Position numbers and translations under genes: made by a program. The notes below the pieces were generated by a model. That model was not told where the DNA came from and ran no database searches. It saw only the letters and a program-made list of their open reading frames with translations. DNA of 32,000 nucleotides. Origin: Nanoarchaeum equitans Kin4-M. GTDB lineage: Archaea; Nanobdellota; Nanobdellia; Nanobdellales; Nanoarchaeaceae. The stretch covers positions 210,001 through 242,000 of the forward strand of contig AE017199.1 of the NCBI GenBank assembly GCA_000008085.1, given 5' to 3'. This document shows, piece after piece, positions 24,193 through 32,000 of this stretch (its first letter is position 1; the number at the start of each line of letters is the position of its first letter).

Positions 24193-24200
24193 GAGTTAAA
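24193..24200 (-). promoter_or_regulatory. TATA-like box (TTTAACTC on the minus strand) upstream of atpB
   Basis: Starts 27 nt before the atpB ATG at 24173. Confidence 0.4.
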
Positions 24201-24205
24201 TAATT

Positions 24206-24443
24206 TTATTGCGGGGCCCAAATAGCCTCTATGGCAATATCAGAACTGTCTACTATTTTGTTCTTATTCATGTCAATGAAGTAGCCTGGTTTGTAGTGTA
24301 TTATATAATAATTATGAGTTGTTGTTTTAAAGGATGAGTCTACAAGTACTGTGGATCCAGTATCATAAATTATAATATAGCAAACCTGCTTTTTTTGGAA
24401 TACGTAATATTATATATTTATTTGTTTTACAAACAACACTCAT
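24206..24443 (-). pseudogene. Small ORF interrupted by a frameshift at an A7/T7 homopolymer (78 aa if restored)
   Basis: The minus-strand ATG at 24443 has CTATAAGA 27 nt upstream and opens a 26-codon frame. A different frame is stop-free for 67 codons (24409..24209) but has no start. Removing one T from the T7 run at 24390-24396 fuses them into MSVVCKTNKYIILRIPKK-QVCYIIIYDTGSTVLV...EAIWAPQ. Confidence 0.4.
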
Positions 24444-24472
24444 TATCCAACCTTCCCAATGCTCTTATAGTG

Positions 24473-27400
24473 TTACCATTCAACAAAGCGGGTTTCTTCG
24501 CTTTTACTTTTACATTGATAGATACTGCTAGCAATGCAGAGATTATTAACGTTAACTAGTATATAATAATTATAGCCATCGTTTGTTATTATAGGGGAAG
24601 CTTCTTCTCCATCGCTTAATACTACGTTCTCTTTTGGAGCTTTTATTATTGTATATTTATTACTCCCAATAGACACGTTACAAATTAGATAAGGATCGTT
24701 AACTGTAGTAGGAGAACCCGAACCAATTAATTTAACATTTCCTTTATTGTCTATTAGCATTGCAACCCAATTTGTTGAAATAGTTATCCCTCTATAGTTG
24801 GCGCCATCACTACTAGTTTTACATTCTATTTTATTAAAACCTGGAATGAATATTATATGTTTATTATCTGTAGTGTTAACCAAAAATATGTCTGCTGACG
24901 CTGGTTCTTTATATGTATTATGTGCACCATCTTTGTAATAAGAAGCGCTATCATATTTTCCGTATATGGCATAGTTATTTCCTTCTTTAACGATACAAAG
25001 TTTATCAACAGGATTACAATCACCAGGGTTTATTATTTTGTTGTTAGATATAAATATGTTAGCCTCATACTTAAAGCCACCATTAGTGTAGTCATAACAA
25101 TAGGCGTTCTTATAGGAGCATGCATACTGTGAGGGTTTTTGCTTTTCTACATAATTGCCGCCATTATCTTTAATTATCCATTTATCTATTAAATCGATAA
25201 ATACATTATACATTTTACAACTTCCTCCCTCATTTGCAACACACTGCCTGCCCGTACTGTAGTGTTGTACTTCTCCATTTAAAACAGTTACATTTACATA
25301 ATAATATTTGCTATCTGACCCAGCATAAAAAGTGCTGTATTTTCTATACCAGTTATTGTTATCTATAGTGATGGGAGAAGGATGGTCTATCTTTATAGTC
25401 TTTCCAGATCCAGTTTTTGAAACGTATAGTTCCCATCTCTTATTATTTGGATCAATAATTTTTGCTACAGCAACAACTTTACCAATATTTGCTCCACTAT
25501 AAGTAAACTCTGTATCATATAGATCGGGATCAATTCCGCTATTTCCCCAACTAGATCCAGATAGTTTAGAAACTTTTAAAGCACCTCTGTCGCCAATCTC
25601 GCCTTCAACTATCTTATATAAAGTTCCCCCAGTATTATAATAACAAGCTTCCGTAGTACATAATAATTCTCCATCTTCAATAGAGACACTTTCTCCATAA
25701 CTAATATTAACATATTCTATATTATTGTCACTTTTAAGTTTTATAGCCCGTACCGCACGGAAAGTATTGGGGACTGCATGTTCCATTATCCCATTAATAG
25801 AGAAAGAAAAGTTATTTAACACGGGAGCTATAGGTGTTTTCACAGCTTCCCTAAATATCAAATTCCAAAATATTGGCACATTTTGTTGTTTAACTATTGT
25901 ACCATCTTTCATAGTTACAACCTTTAATCCTTCACCATTCTCATTATATATAGCATACCCTGCCTTTGCAAATGGATTTTCAAATACGCATCCAAATAAG
26001 CCCATAATATCTTTAATTTCGTTCTCAGCTTTTATTTCTTTATTGGATACCTCTATAGTAAAGCAATTAGTCTTACTTTTTTCAAAGTTTGGGCTGCTAT
26101 AATAGTTATACGGTTGATAGCAAGCAATTCTATTGCCATAGGCAACAACTTTATTTTCCATATCGTATTCCACATATGGGTACTTACTTATATATATCTT
26201 AGAACCATCGTCATATAACCATACTTTTTTGTTGCCTATTTCCAATAATTTCCATGTATTTGCTGCTAAGTTAATAGAATAAACTTTATATTTTGGAGTT
26301 GGTAGGGATTCTTTTTTTCCACATCCATCAGATAATTTGGGAGTTTTGCTATCACTTATAGCGAAATAAATAGTATTAGAAGAATCTTTAATTTTTATTA
26401 TTCTCAAGTTAGGTATTCCGTTTCCTAGGTTTATTGATATTTTTTCATATGACCCATCGGGATTGCTAATGTTTATATTACAATTAATATTATTAACTTT
26501 TATAGAAGTTTTTCCATTGGTTATTTTGTAGCCTCCATTAGTTGGGTATATAGTTATATATGGATCTATGTCTATAGAAGTTTTATCACACTCAAGCTTT
26601 GCCTTGTTAGGAATACTCTTGTATATTATTGTATAGGTTTTTTTATTTCCATTAATTTGCATAGTAACAAACCCTTCATGAGAATCGCATTTGCCTTTAA
26701 CTAATTTATCATCGAGTGATAGAACTCTTATATCTTTAATGGTTCCACTACTACTATCTACTCCATTGACATAGCAGCTATATGCATAAGAAGTTGGAGT
26801 AACTGTTACTACTTTATTTTCAGTTTCTAATTTCTCTCCTAACATTTTACTTAATATATCTTTCCATCCTTCCAATAGTTTTTTGCAAATATTATCGCTC
26901 CAATTTATATGGATTTCTCCATTAAAGGGTATTAAGAAGGTTTTCGATGGGGTTGCTATGTATATAACTTTCTCTTTAGTCTTATAACTTTCGTTGCAAA
27001 ATATATCTGTTATAGCATACCATCTTTTTATTGATAGAGAGATATTTTCTTCATTACCAAAAATTTCTATTAAGCATTTCCCTATATTTTCCATTACATT
27101 TTCACTATTTGCAGAGATGCTATCAATAGCACATTCGCCCTCCCCCTCAATATTAACACTTGACATCTTTCCTATCAATTTTTGTTGTAGTTTGCTCATT
27201 ATTGTTGGTATGGCATTTGCTGTAACATAAGCGATAATGGGTTTACATGGTTCTTTATTTATTGTGCAGATGTTTATTCTTTTTATATTAGAGTTGGGAG
27301 TGTAAAATAATAATAGGGATCTCAAAATTGGAAAGAATGGCAATTGGTCCAAAAATGCACCAGCAACATATAAGGAATTAAAATTAAATTGATTAGTGCC

Positions 27401-30400
27401 ATTTACATAATTAAAAACATCTTTTGGTAATAACCCAACACCATAACTAACATTAATTTTTATGCTTTTTATTTCCTCTATAGCTTTACTAATATTGTTT
27501 AGCATAATATTATCGATGTCGATTTCATTATATCGATTTATTGCGAGCACTTGAGAGAAATCTACTTTATCACCATTAGCAGTTTCTCCTAAAAATGGAA
27601 ATATTATATTTTCATTTGTTCCAGAACTGGAATCTATAGGTTCTTTTTTGTATTCCTTTCCTGCTAAACTATAAAATAGAGCCTTAAACTCTTTTTTGAA
27701 TGTATCTAATATTAAACCTTTGTCAAAAACAAATTGGTTATTATTGTATATAAATTGATAACCATCTAATATTTCCAAAAGGTTTTTACTCCCTTTCGCT
27801 ATCTTATTGCAGCTATCAACATAGAAATATGCATCTTCAACAATTCTTTTTGGTTGTACCGTTCCTGTTGGGGTTGATAGTACCCCAAAAACCGAACTTA
27901 AAGTGTTTATTATGGTATCAACAGCTTTTCCAACATTTTGTATGGCTTTTTCTAATTGTTTGCTACTCTCTTTACATGTTTTATACCTAGCATATATAGA
28001 GTTAATTATTAATTCTACTTTATTGTCAAACAATGTTAAATAATCATCGACCAACCCAATTAAATCGTTTAGCACAAGCTGGTATGTTCTTAATAATAAC
28101 TCTTCGAACTTTTTATATTCTGCATTAAGAATGGAAGCCAGATTTTCGATACCCTTATTTATATATTCGGTGCTTCCTTTTATAAATTCTTTGTATAGGT
28201 TTATTGTATTGTCCAGGTCTTTTTTGAGAGTACTTTCTTGCTCTTCAATAATTTTTTTGACTTCTTTTACTTTGCTTATTAATTGTTCTAACTGGGCTTT
28301 TTTGTCTGGATAAGAATCTGGGTCGATTCCTTCTATAATAGAAAGATAGCCTTTAAGTTTTGCTAATGCTATCTGGGCATTGGCCGCTTTTGATAGCTTA
28401 GTATCAATACATTCTAATAGAATATTGTATGAAACTTTATTAGTTAGTCTATTGATTATCGCTTGTTCAACAGAGCTTGGTATTAAAGCAATGGCTTTTA
28501 ATGTTTTATAATCTATTAGTTTTATTTCTCCAATTGTACTAGGCAATACCAAAGAGTTAATAGAAGAAACAACCGAACTAAAGTAATTTGTTAATGATGA
28601 GGTGACTTGCGATAAACTATACGCCAAATTATATAAAGAATTGGTTAGTAAAGTGTTTATTATAGGTTCTAATTTGTTATCTAGACTAGACAAACCCATC
28701 TCTAATTGGGATTTTACCATTTCTCTTATGTATTTTACTTCGTTAGAAGAATATATCGACAAAGGTGTTAGGACACTTAATGCTATATAATTTTGTAGCT
28801 CTTGTTGGTATAGTCTTTCCAAATCTATATTAGCTGTTAAAAACATTAATATATCAACCTCGCCCAAGCAATGGGATATACTATTCGATACCCAATTTTT
28901 AATGAGTTCTTTTTTATTATTGTACTGGACAAAGTCATCAATGTTTAATTCATTAATAATTTCATTAACAATATCATTAACAACTTTGTATGCTGCATAA
29001 TGTATTAAATAGTTACTAAGAGTGGCATAACTATTATTTCGTATATTAGAAAGAAGAACGTTTCTAGCATTTCTAGAGAGAAGGTTATTTCTAACATTTA
29101 TTATAACGCTATCACATATAGGAGGAGGCATTGCTTTATAGCATTGATATCTAGTATGCCACATATACCATGTTACACAATTAGTAATGCCATACCATAA
29201 GAAGGATTGGTCTATATCTCCATATAAATAAGCCAAAAATTTCGATATAAAATAGGCCTTGTCTATATTGTTTTCTCCAAAATAGTAAGTTGTTTGGTTG
29301 GCACACTCTTTTAATAATTGTTCATACCTTGGATCATTTGGGTTTGTTTTAGTTAATTCTATACAGCTCTCTAGAGATATATTCATATCAGACAAACCAA
29401 TTATTTTTTGTATTTCATCAATGTTTATTTGCTTATATAATTCGTGCAATACCCTTCTTTTTATTTTAGGTAAAACTTTCTTTAATGCAGGACAAGAATA
29501 ATTAGATATATTCAATGATTCTTTTAATGCTTTTACCGCTTCATCGATTTTTTCTTTAATGAAAGTTAATTGATTTATGCCTACATGGGATAACTCGTTT
29601 TCCAGCCTTTCTATATTTGTTATATTGGCTCTTAATTCTGTAAATGCTTTAAGCTTTAAGGTTTTCCCACTTGAAGTTGCCTCTAAAATAAACCAAGCCT
29701 CGCTTTCTGTTATGTTCCATATGCCCTTTCTCGCTATATATTGGGCTTTAAATATGTTTGAATAGTTGTTAGGTATTAAAGAACCTATAGAAAGGTTTAC
29801 GATTCCATTATCTGGATTCGTATCATAACTAATATTTAAAATACCTATGATATGGGGATTTTCAATTCTTTCTCCATTAGCTTCTAACGATATATTGTAT
29901 ACTGGGTATTTAAAGGATCTTGTCGAGATTTGAGCAATACAATTGTTTATGGTTATGTTTGTACTATACAAAGAAGCAGAAGACCCATCGAATAAAGTAG
30001 CATTTACCCTTAATATTATATTGTTATTATTAAGAAGCTCTGCTATTGATTTTGTATCTAATATAGGATTAAACATATTTATCCAATTGTCTGTAGTAGT
30101 GGTAGAGATATCGGAGATTGTATTATTCTCGCATGTATAATTTAGGTAAACCATGTCCTTATTATTGTATTTAAATGTGACAGTGTAGTTATTCTCCACA
30201 TAGCTTATTGATATATTAAAAGCGCTAATATGCCAATCTAGAGAAGTTTTTGCTGTTATATTAATAGTTTCTAACTTACATGGCACAAGCAAACCATCTT
30301 TGGTATATGTTATATCAGTTATATTTGTATCACATTTAAATTTATCTATAAACAAAGTGCTTTTCAGTTTAACCAAATCTTCATACAATTTGCTGCTATT

Positions 30401-31066
30401 ATCTATTAATTGTTGATAATTTTTAGATAGTTTGACTAATTCTTCTGTTCTCTTTTTTTCCCATTCTATAGATTTACTAATGCCTTTCGATACACAATCG
30501 ATAGCGCTTTCTATTGCTGATACGATGCTGTCCGTTGATGCCATGGTATTCCCAGCAACAGAACAATCAACGGATGGAATATTCCCTTCTATGTTAATTA
30601 ATTTCCCTAAAGAACCCAAATTATTAAGTCTTTCTCTTATTTTTCTTTGGGTTTCATTTAAATAATCTCTTATTTCCCTAACTGGGGATAAAACTAAATT
30701 TGCTATCCTATATTTTAATGCTAAAGCCTTTTGTTCGCCTTGCGATAGTATATCACATACACTAGACAAAAACTGTGAAACCCCTTTTAATGGGTTATTT
30801 GATTCTATAAAGGATTCTACCAATTTAGTATTTGATACAACTCCTGATTTTTTCAAGAAGTTTAGTAAATAATCCAAATCTTTGAATTTATCATCTTTTT
30901 TCGGCAATTCACAAAAACTTTTATAGGTTTGTAATGCTATATGTTCTTCTTCTCCCGTAGCAGTATTTTTTACTTTCCAAACACAACAGCCATAGCTATC
31001 GGAAATAGCAATAGGAATAGAATTTAGCAATAATAAACTTAATAGTAGTGTAAACCTTGTTTTCAC
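24473..31066 (-). CDS. Giant exported protein, 2197 aa, no recognisable domain (hypothetical surface/adhesion protein)
   Basis: GTG start with TTAAAAGC 26 nt upstream. Signal peptide MKTRFTLLLSLLLLNSIPIAIS. An uninterrupted 6.6-kb frame in AT-rich DNA. N-terminal part is mixed helical and N-x-S/T-rich beta, the middle (aa ~500-1130) is long and helical/heptad-like, and the C-terminal ~1000 aa are Y/N/G/K/C-rich and beta-like. No C-terminal anchor. Confidence 0.8.
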   Translation of the reverse strand: MKTRFTLLLSLLLLNSIPIAISDSYGCCVWKVKNTATGEEEHIALQTYKSFCELPKKDDKFKDLDYLLNFLKKSGVVSNTKLVESFIESNNPLKGVSQFLSSVCDILSQGEQKALALKYRIANLVLSPVREIRDYLNETQRKIRERLNNLGSLGKLINIEGNIPSVDCSVAGNTMASTDSIVSAIESAIDCVSKGISKSIEWEKKRTEELVKLSKNYQQLIDNSSKLYEDLVKLKSTLFIDKFKCDTNITDITYTKDGLLVPCKLETINITAKTSLDWHISAFNISISYVENNYTVTFKYNNKDMVYLNYTCENNTISDISTTTTDNWINMFNPILDTKSIAELLNNNNIILRVNATLFDGSSASLYSTNITINNCIAQISTRSFKYPVYNISLEANGERIENPHIIGILNISYDTNPDNGIVNLSIGSLIPNNYSNIFKAQYIARKGIWNITESEAWFILEATSSGKTLKLKAFTELRANITNIERLENELSHVGINQLTFIKEKIDEAVKALKESLNISNYSCPALKKVLPKIKRRVLHELYKQINIDEIQKIIGLSDMNISLESCIELTKTNPNDPRYEQLLKECANQTTYYFGENNIDKAYFISKFLAYLYGDIDQSFLWYGITNCVTWYMWHTRYQCYKAMPPPICDSVIINVRNNLLSRNARNVLLSNIRNNSYATLSNYLIHYAAYKVVNDIVNEIINELNIDDFVQYNNKKELIKNWVSNSISHCLGEVDILMFLTANIDLERLYQQELQNYIALSVLTPLSIYSSNEVKYIREMVKSQLEMGLSSLDNKLEPIINTLLTNSLYNLAYSLSQVTSSLTNYFSSVVSSINSLVLPSTIGEIKLIDYKTLKAIALIPSSVEQAIINRLTNKVSYNILLECIDTKLSKAANAQIALAKLKGYLSIIEGIDPDSYPDKKAQLEQLISKVKEVKKIIEEQESTLKKDLDNTINLYKEFIKGSTEYINKGIENLASILNAEYKKFEELLLRTYQLVLNDLIGLVDDYLTLFDNKVELIINSIYARYKTCKESSKQLEKAIQNVGKAVDTIINTLSSVFGVLSTPTGTVQPKRIVEDAYFYVDSCNKIAKGSKNLLEILDGYQFIYNNNQFVFDKGLILDTFKKEFKALFYSLAGKEYKKEPIDSSSGTNENIIFPFLGETANGDKVDFSQVLAINRYNEIDIDNIMLNNISKAIEEIKSIKINVSYGVGLLPKDVFNYVNGTNQFNFNSLYVAGAFLDQLPFFPILRSLLLFYTPNSNIKRINICTINKEPCKPIIAYVTANAIPTIMSKLQQKLIGKMSSVNIEGEGECAIDSISANSENVMENIGKCLIEIFGNEENISLSIKRWYAITDIFCNESYKTKEKVIYIATPSKTFLIPFNGEIHINWSDNICKKLLEGWKDILSKMLGEKLETENKVVTVTPTSYAYSCYVNGVDSSSGTIKDIRVLSLDDKLVKGKCDSHEGFVTMQINGNKKTYTIIYKSIPNKAKLECDKTSIDIDPYITIYPTNGGYKITNGKTSIKVNNINCNINISNPDGSYEKISINLGNGIPNLRIIKIKDSSNTIYFAISDSKTPKLSDGCGKKESLPTPKYKVYSINLAANTWKLLEIGNKKVWLYDDGSKIYISKYPYVEYDMENKVVAYGNRIACYQPYNYYSSPNFEKSKTNCFTIEVSNKEIKAENEIKDIMGLFGCVFENPFAKAGYAIYNENGEGLKVVTMKDGTIVKQQNVPIFWNLIFREAVKTPIAPVLNNFSFSINGIMEHAVPNTFRAVRAIKLKSDNNIEYVNISYGESVSIEDGELLCTTEACYYNTGGTLYKIVEGEIGDRGALKVSKLSGSSWGNSGIDPDLYDTEFTYSGANIGKVVAVAKIIDPNNKRWELYVSKTGSGKTIKIDHPSPITIDNNNWYRKYSTFYAGSDSKYYYVNVTVLNGEVQHYSTGRQCVANEGGSCKMYNVFIDLIDKWIIKDNGGNYVEKQKPSQYACSYKNAYCYDYTNGGFKYEANIFISNNKIINPGDCNPVDKLCIVKEGNNYAIYGKYDSASYYKDGAHNTYKEPASADIFLVNTTDNKHIIFIPGFNKIECKTSSDGANYRGITISTNWVAMLIDNKGNVKLIGSGSPTTVNDPYLICNVSIGSNKYTIIKAPKENVVLSDGEEASPIITNDGYNYYILVNVNNLCIASSIYQCKSKSEETRFVEW

Positions 31067-31084
31067 TAATATATTGGATAGATA

Positions 31085-31092
31085 GCTTTTAA
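31085..31092 (-). promoter_or_regulatory. TATA-like box (TTAAAAGC on the minus strand) upstream of the giant ORF
   Basis: Starts 26 nt before the GTG at 31066, in the 38-bp gap after the 195-aa ORF. Confidence 0.4.
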
Positions 31093-31104
31093 TCTCTTTT
31101 GTCG

Positions 31105-31692
31105 CTACGACAAAGTGAATAAAACTTTAATTTTCCCTATGTGGCTTTTTAAATATATGCTTTCACTATAAATGGGCCAAGTTTTATAACCATTTTTGTA
31201 TTGGTAACCCCATACAGAGCCATTTAGATAATGTATTTTTATATAATCGTCATAAACTAAAGCACAACCATTGTTTGCATACCATTTATTGTCTATTATA
31301 TCCCCAGAAGTCGCATTTATAAAGTGTGCTTCTATTATTGTCTCTGTATTAGTGCATACTTTTTTGTAATTTCCTATATCGAAATATAGGCATTTATAAC
31401 ATGTAGGGCTTTTACCTGTGGGGACTTCTTTTATCTCATAATAAACATAAATAGTATTATTAAGGCATTGGATTGTAAAGCTATTATTAGTTAAATTGTT
31501 ATAAATGCTATCCCAATTAAAATTGTTATTGCTTAGAAATTTGTATAAACAATAGCGATAAACCATTTTATTGGCAAAATCGTAGCTTTCCAAATAGGCA
31601 CTATAGATATCGTTATAAATATAATGAGTATAGATCATTGAAAGCATAGTGATAAACAAAGAAGAAGAGACTAATAGATCAAACCAGTTCAT
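31105..31692 (-). CDS. N-terminally anchored Cys-containing protein (hypothetical), immediately upstream of the giant ORF
   Basis: N-terminal hydrophobic helix LLVSSSLFITMLSMIY, 6 Cys, Y/N-rich. The ATG overlaps the upstream ORF stop (ATGA). Confidence 0.55.
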   Translation of the reverse strand: MNWFDLLVSSSLFITMLSMIYTHYIYNDIYSAYLESYDFANKMVYRYCLYKFLSNNNFNWDSIYNNLTNNSFTIQCLNNTIYVYYEIKEVPTGKSPTCYKCLYFDIGNYKKVCTNTETIIEAHFINATSGDIIDNKWYANNGCALVYDDYIKIHYLNGSVWGYQYKNGYKTWPIYSESIYLKSHIGKIKVLFTLS

Positions 31693-32000
31693 GGCTTAAG
31701 TATTGTAGTACAAGTGCTTTCTCCGAAATCAGTTTTTATTTTTGCGGTAATTGGTTTGTTAACTTCTAAAGGCAATACTACTTTTCCTGCTATTGCATTA
31801 TAGATTTTATTCCCTATGGTTACTGGGCCTTGGTATGGGTTACCATCAACATATAATGATAATACCATTGTAGATTTAGATTGTTGTGACAGAGTACATT
31901 TTATCGTTGGGGGCAATACAAATAAAGTATAAGCGGTAATACCAATCAAAAACATTATTGATGCATGTTTTATTGTGTCTGCTATGTTACCCCCTACAAC
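31689..32000 (-). CDS. Small exported/anchored protein, probably 5'-truncated by the window edge
   Basis: The track starts at the ATG at 31955, but the frame is stop-free to nt 32000 (VVGGNIADTIKHASI-MFLIGITAYTLFVLPP...). No TATA-like box lies at -26 of that ATG. A hydrophobic segment is followed by a beta-like domain. Confidence 0.45.
   Translation of the reverse strand, partial: VVGGNIADTIKHASIMFLIGITAYTLFVLPPTIKCTLSQQSKSTMVLSLYVDGNPYQGPVTIGNKIYNAIAGKVVLPLEVNKPITAKIKTDFGESTCTTILKP

Noticed and set aside
24211-24220. GC-rich patch GCGGGGCCCA in the atpB/giant-ORF gap, considered as a possible tRNA 3' half or small structured RNA
   Set aside because: No T arm (TTCGAAT-type), no acceptor-stem complement and no complementarity to the His-half trailer. 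It is explained as the codons for …WAPQ* at the end of the 67-codon open frame.
25397-25411. P-loop-like GSGKT in the giant protein
   Set aside because: It does not fit G/A-x4-GK[ST] (Ser at the first position). It lies in an exported beta-rich region with no Walker B partner, so it is a chance match.
24920-30665. Ten plus-strand ORFs of 60-125 aa opposite the giant gene (e.g. 25725..26102, 26994..27230, 30432..30665)
   Set aside because: All are embedded antisense in a single uninterrupted 6.6-kb frame. Their products are Ser/Phe/Ile-rich shadow translations, and there is no independent promoter spacing.
1-32000. CRISPR arrays, rRNA, transposases/integrases or IS termini
   Set aside because: No regularly spaced direct repeats, no long GC-rich structured-RNA islands beyond the three tRNA loci, and no ORF with recombinase or transposase motifs on either strand.
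31956-32000. Reading …IKHAS/IMFLIGITAYTLFV as an archaeal class III (type IV pilin-like) signal peptide
   Set aside because: The charged-then-hydrophobic layout is suggestive. However, the canonical cleavage context is not clear and the N-terminus is cut off by the window edge, so it is kept only as a remark within the cluster finding.

Overview
AT-rich (~30% GC by eye), very compact archaeal DNA. It is almost certainly Nanoarchaeum equitans or a very close relative. That inference rests on a separately encoded tRNA-His 5' half, GC-rich tRNA islands in AT-rich DNA, scattered ribosomal-protein genes and a truncated (split-type) GatE. The first ~24 kb is housekeeping: leuS, valS, PolD small subunit, r-proteins L6/S7/S4/L24/L29, aSUI1, Pth2, an Rrp41-like RNase PH, Rad50, a HemK/Mtq2-type methyltransferase, an EndA-family subunit and A-type ATPase subunit B. 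These are interleaved with many small membrane or Cys-rich exported proteins of unknown function. There are three tRNA loci: tRNA-Arg(GCG), a tRNA-His(GUG) 5' half, and an intron-containing tRNA with anticodon UAU. Almost every transcription unit has a TTTAAA/TTTATA box whose first T lies 26-28 nt before the first nucleotide of the tRNA or the start codon, which implies leaderless transcripts. Several divergent gene pairs share palindromic promoters. The last ~8 kb (24.2-32 kb, minus strand) is the least ordinary part. It is a co-oriented cluster encoding an edge-truncated N-terminally hydrophobic protein, a 195-aa membrane-anchored Cys-containing protein, a 2197-aa signal-peptide-bearing giant protein with no recognisable domains, and a small downstream ORF interrupted at a homopolymer. 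I consider this cluster the best candidate for an undescribed cell-surface (possibly host-contact) system, but function cannot be read from the sequence. No CRISPR array, rRNA or obvious mobile element is present.
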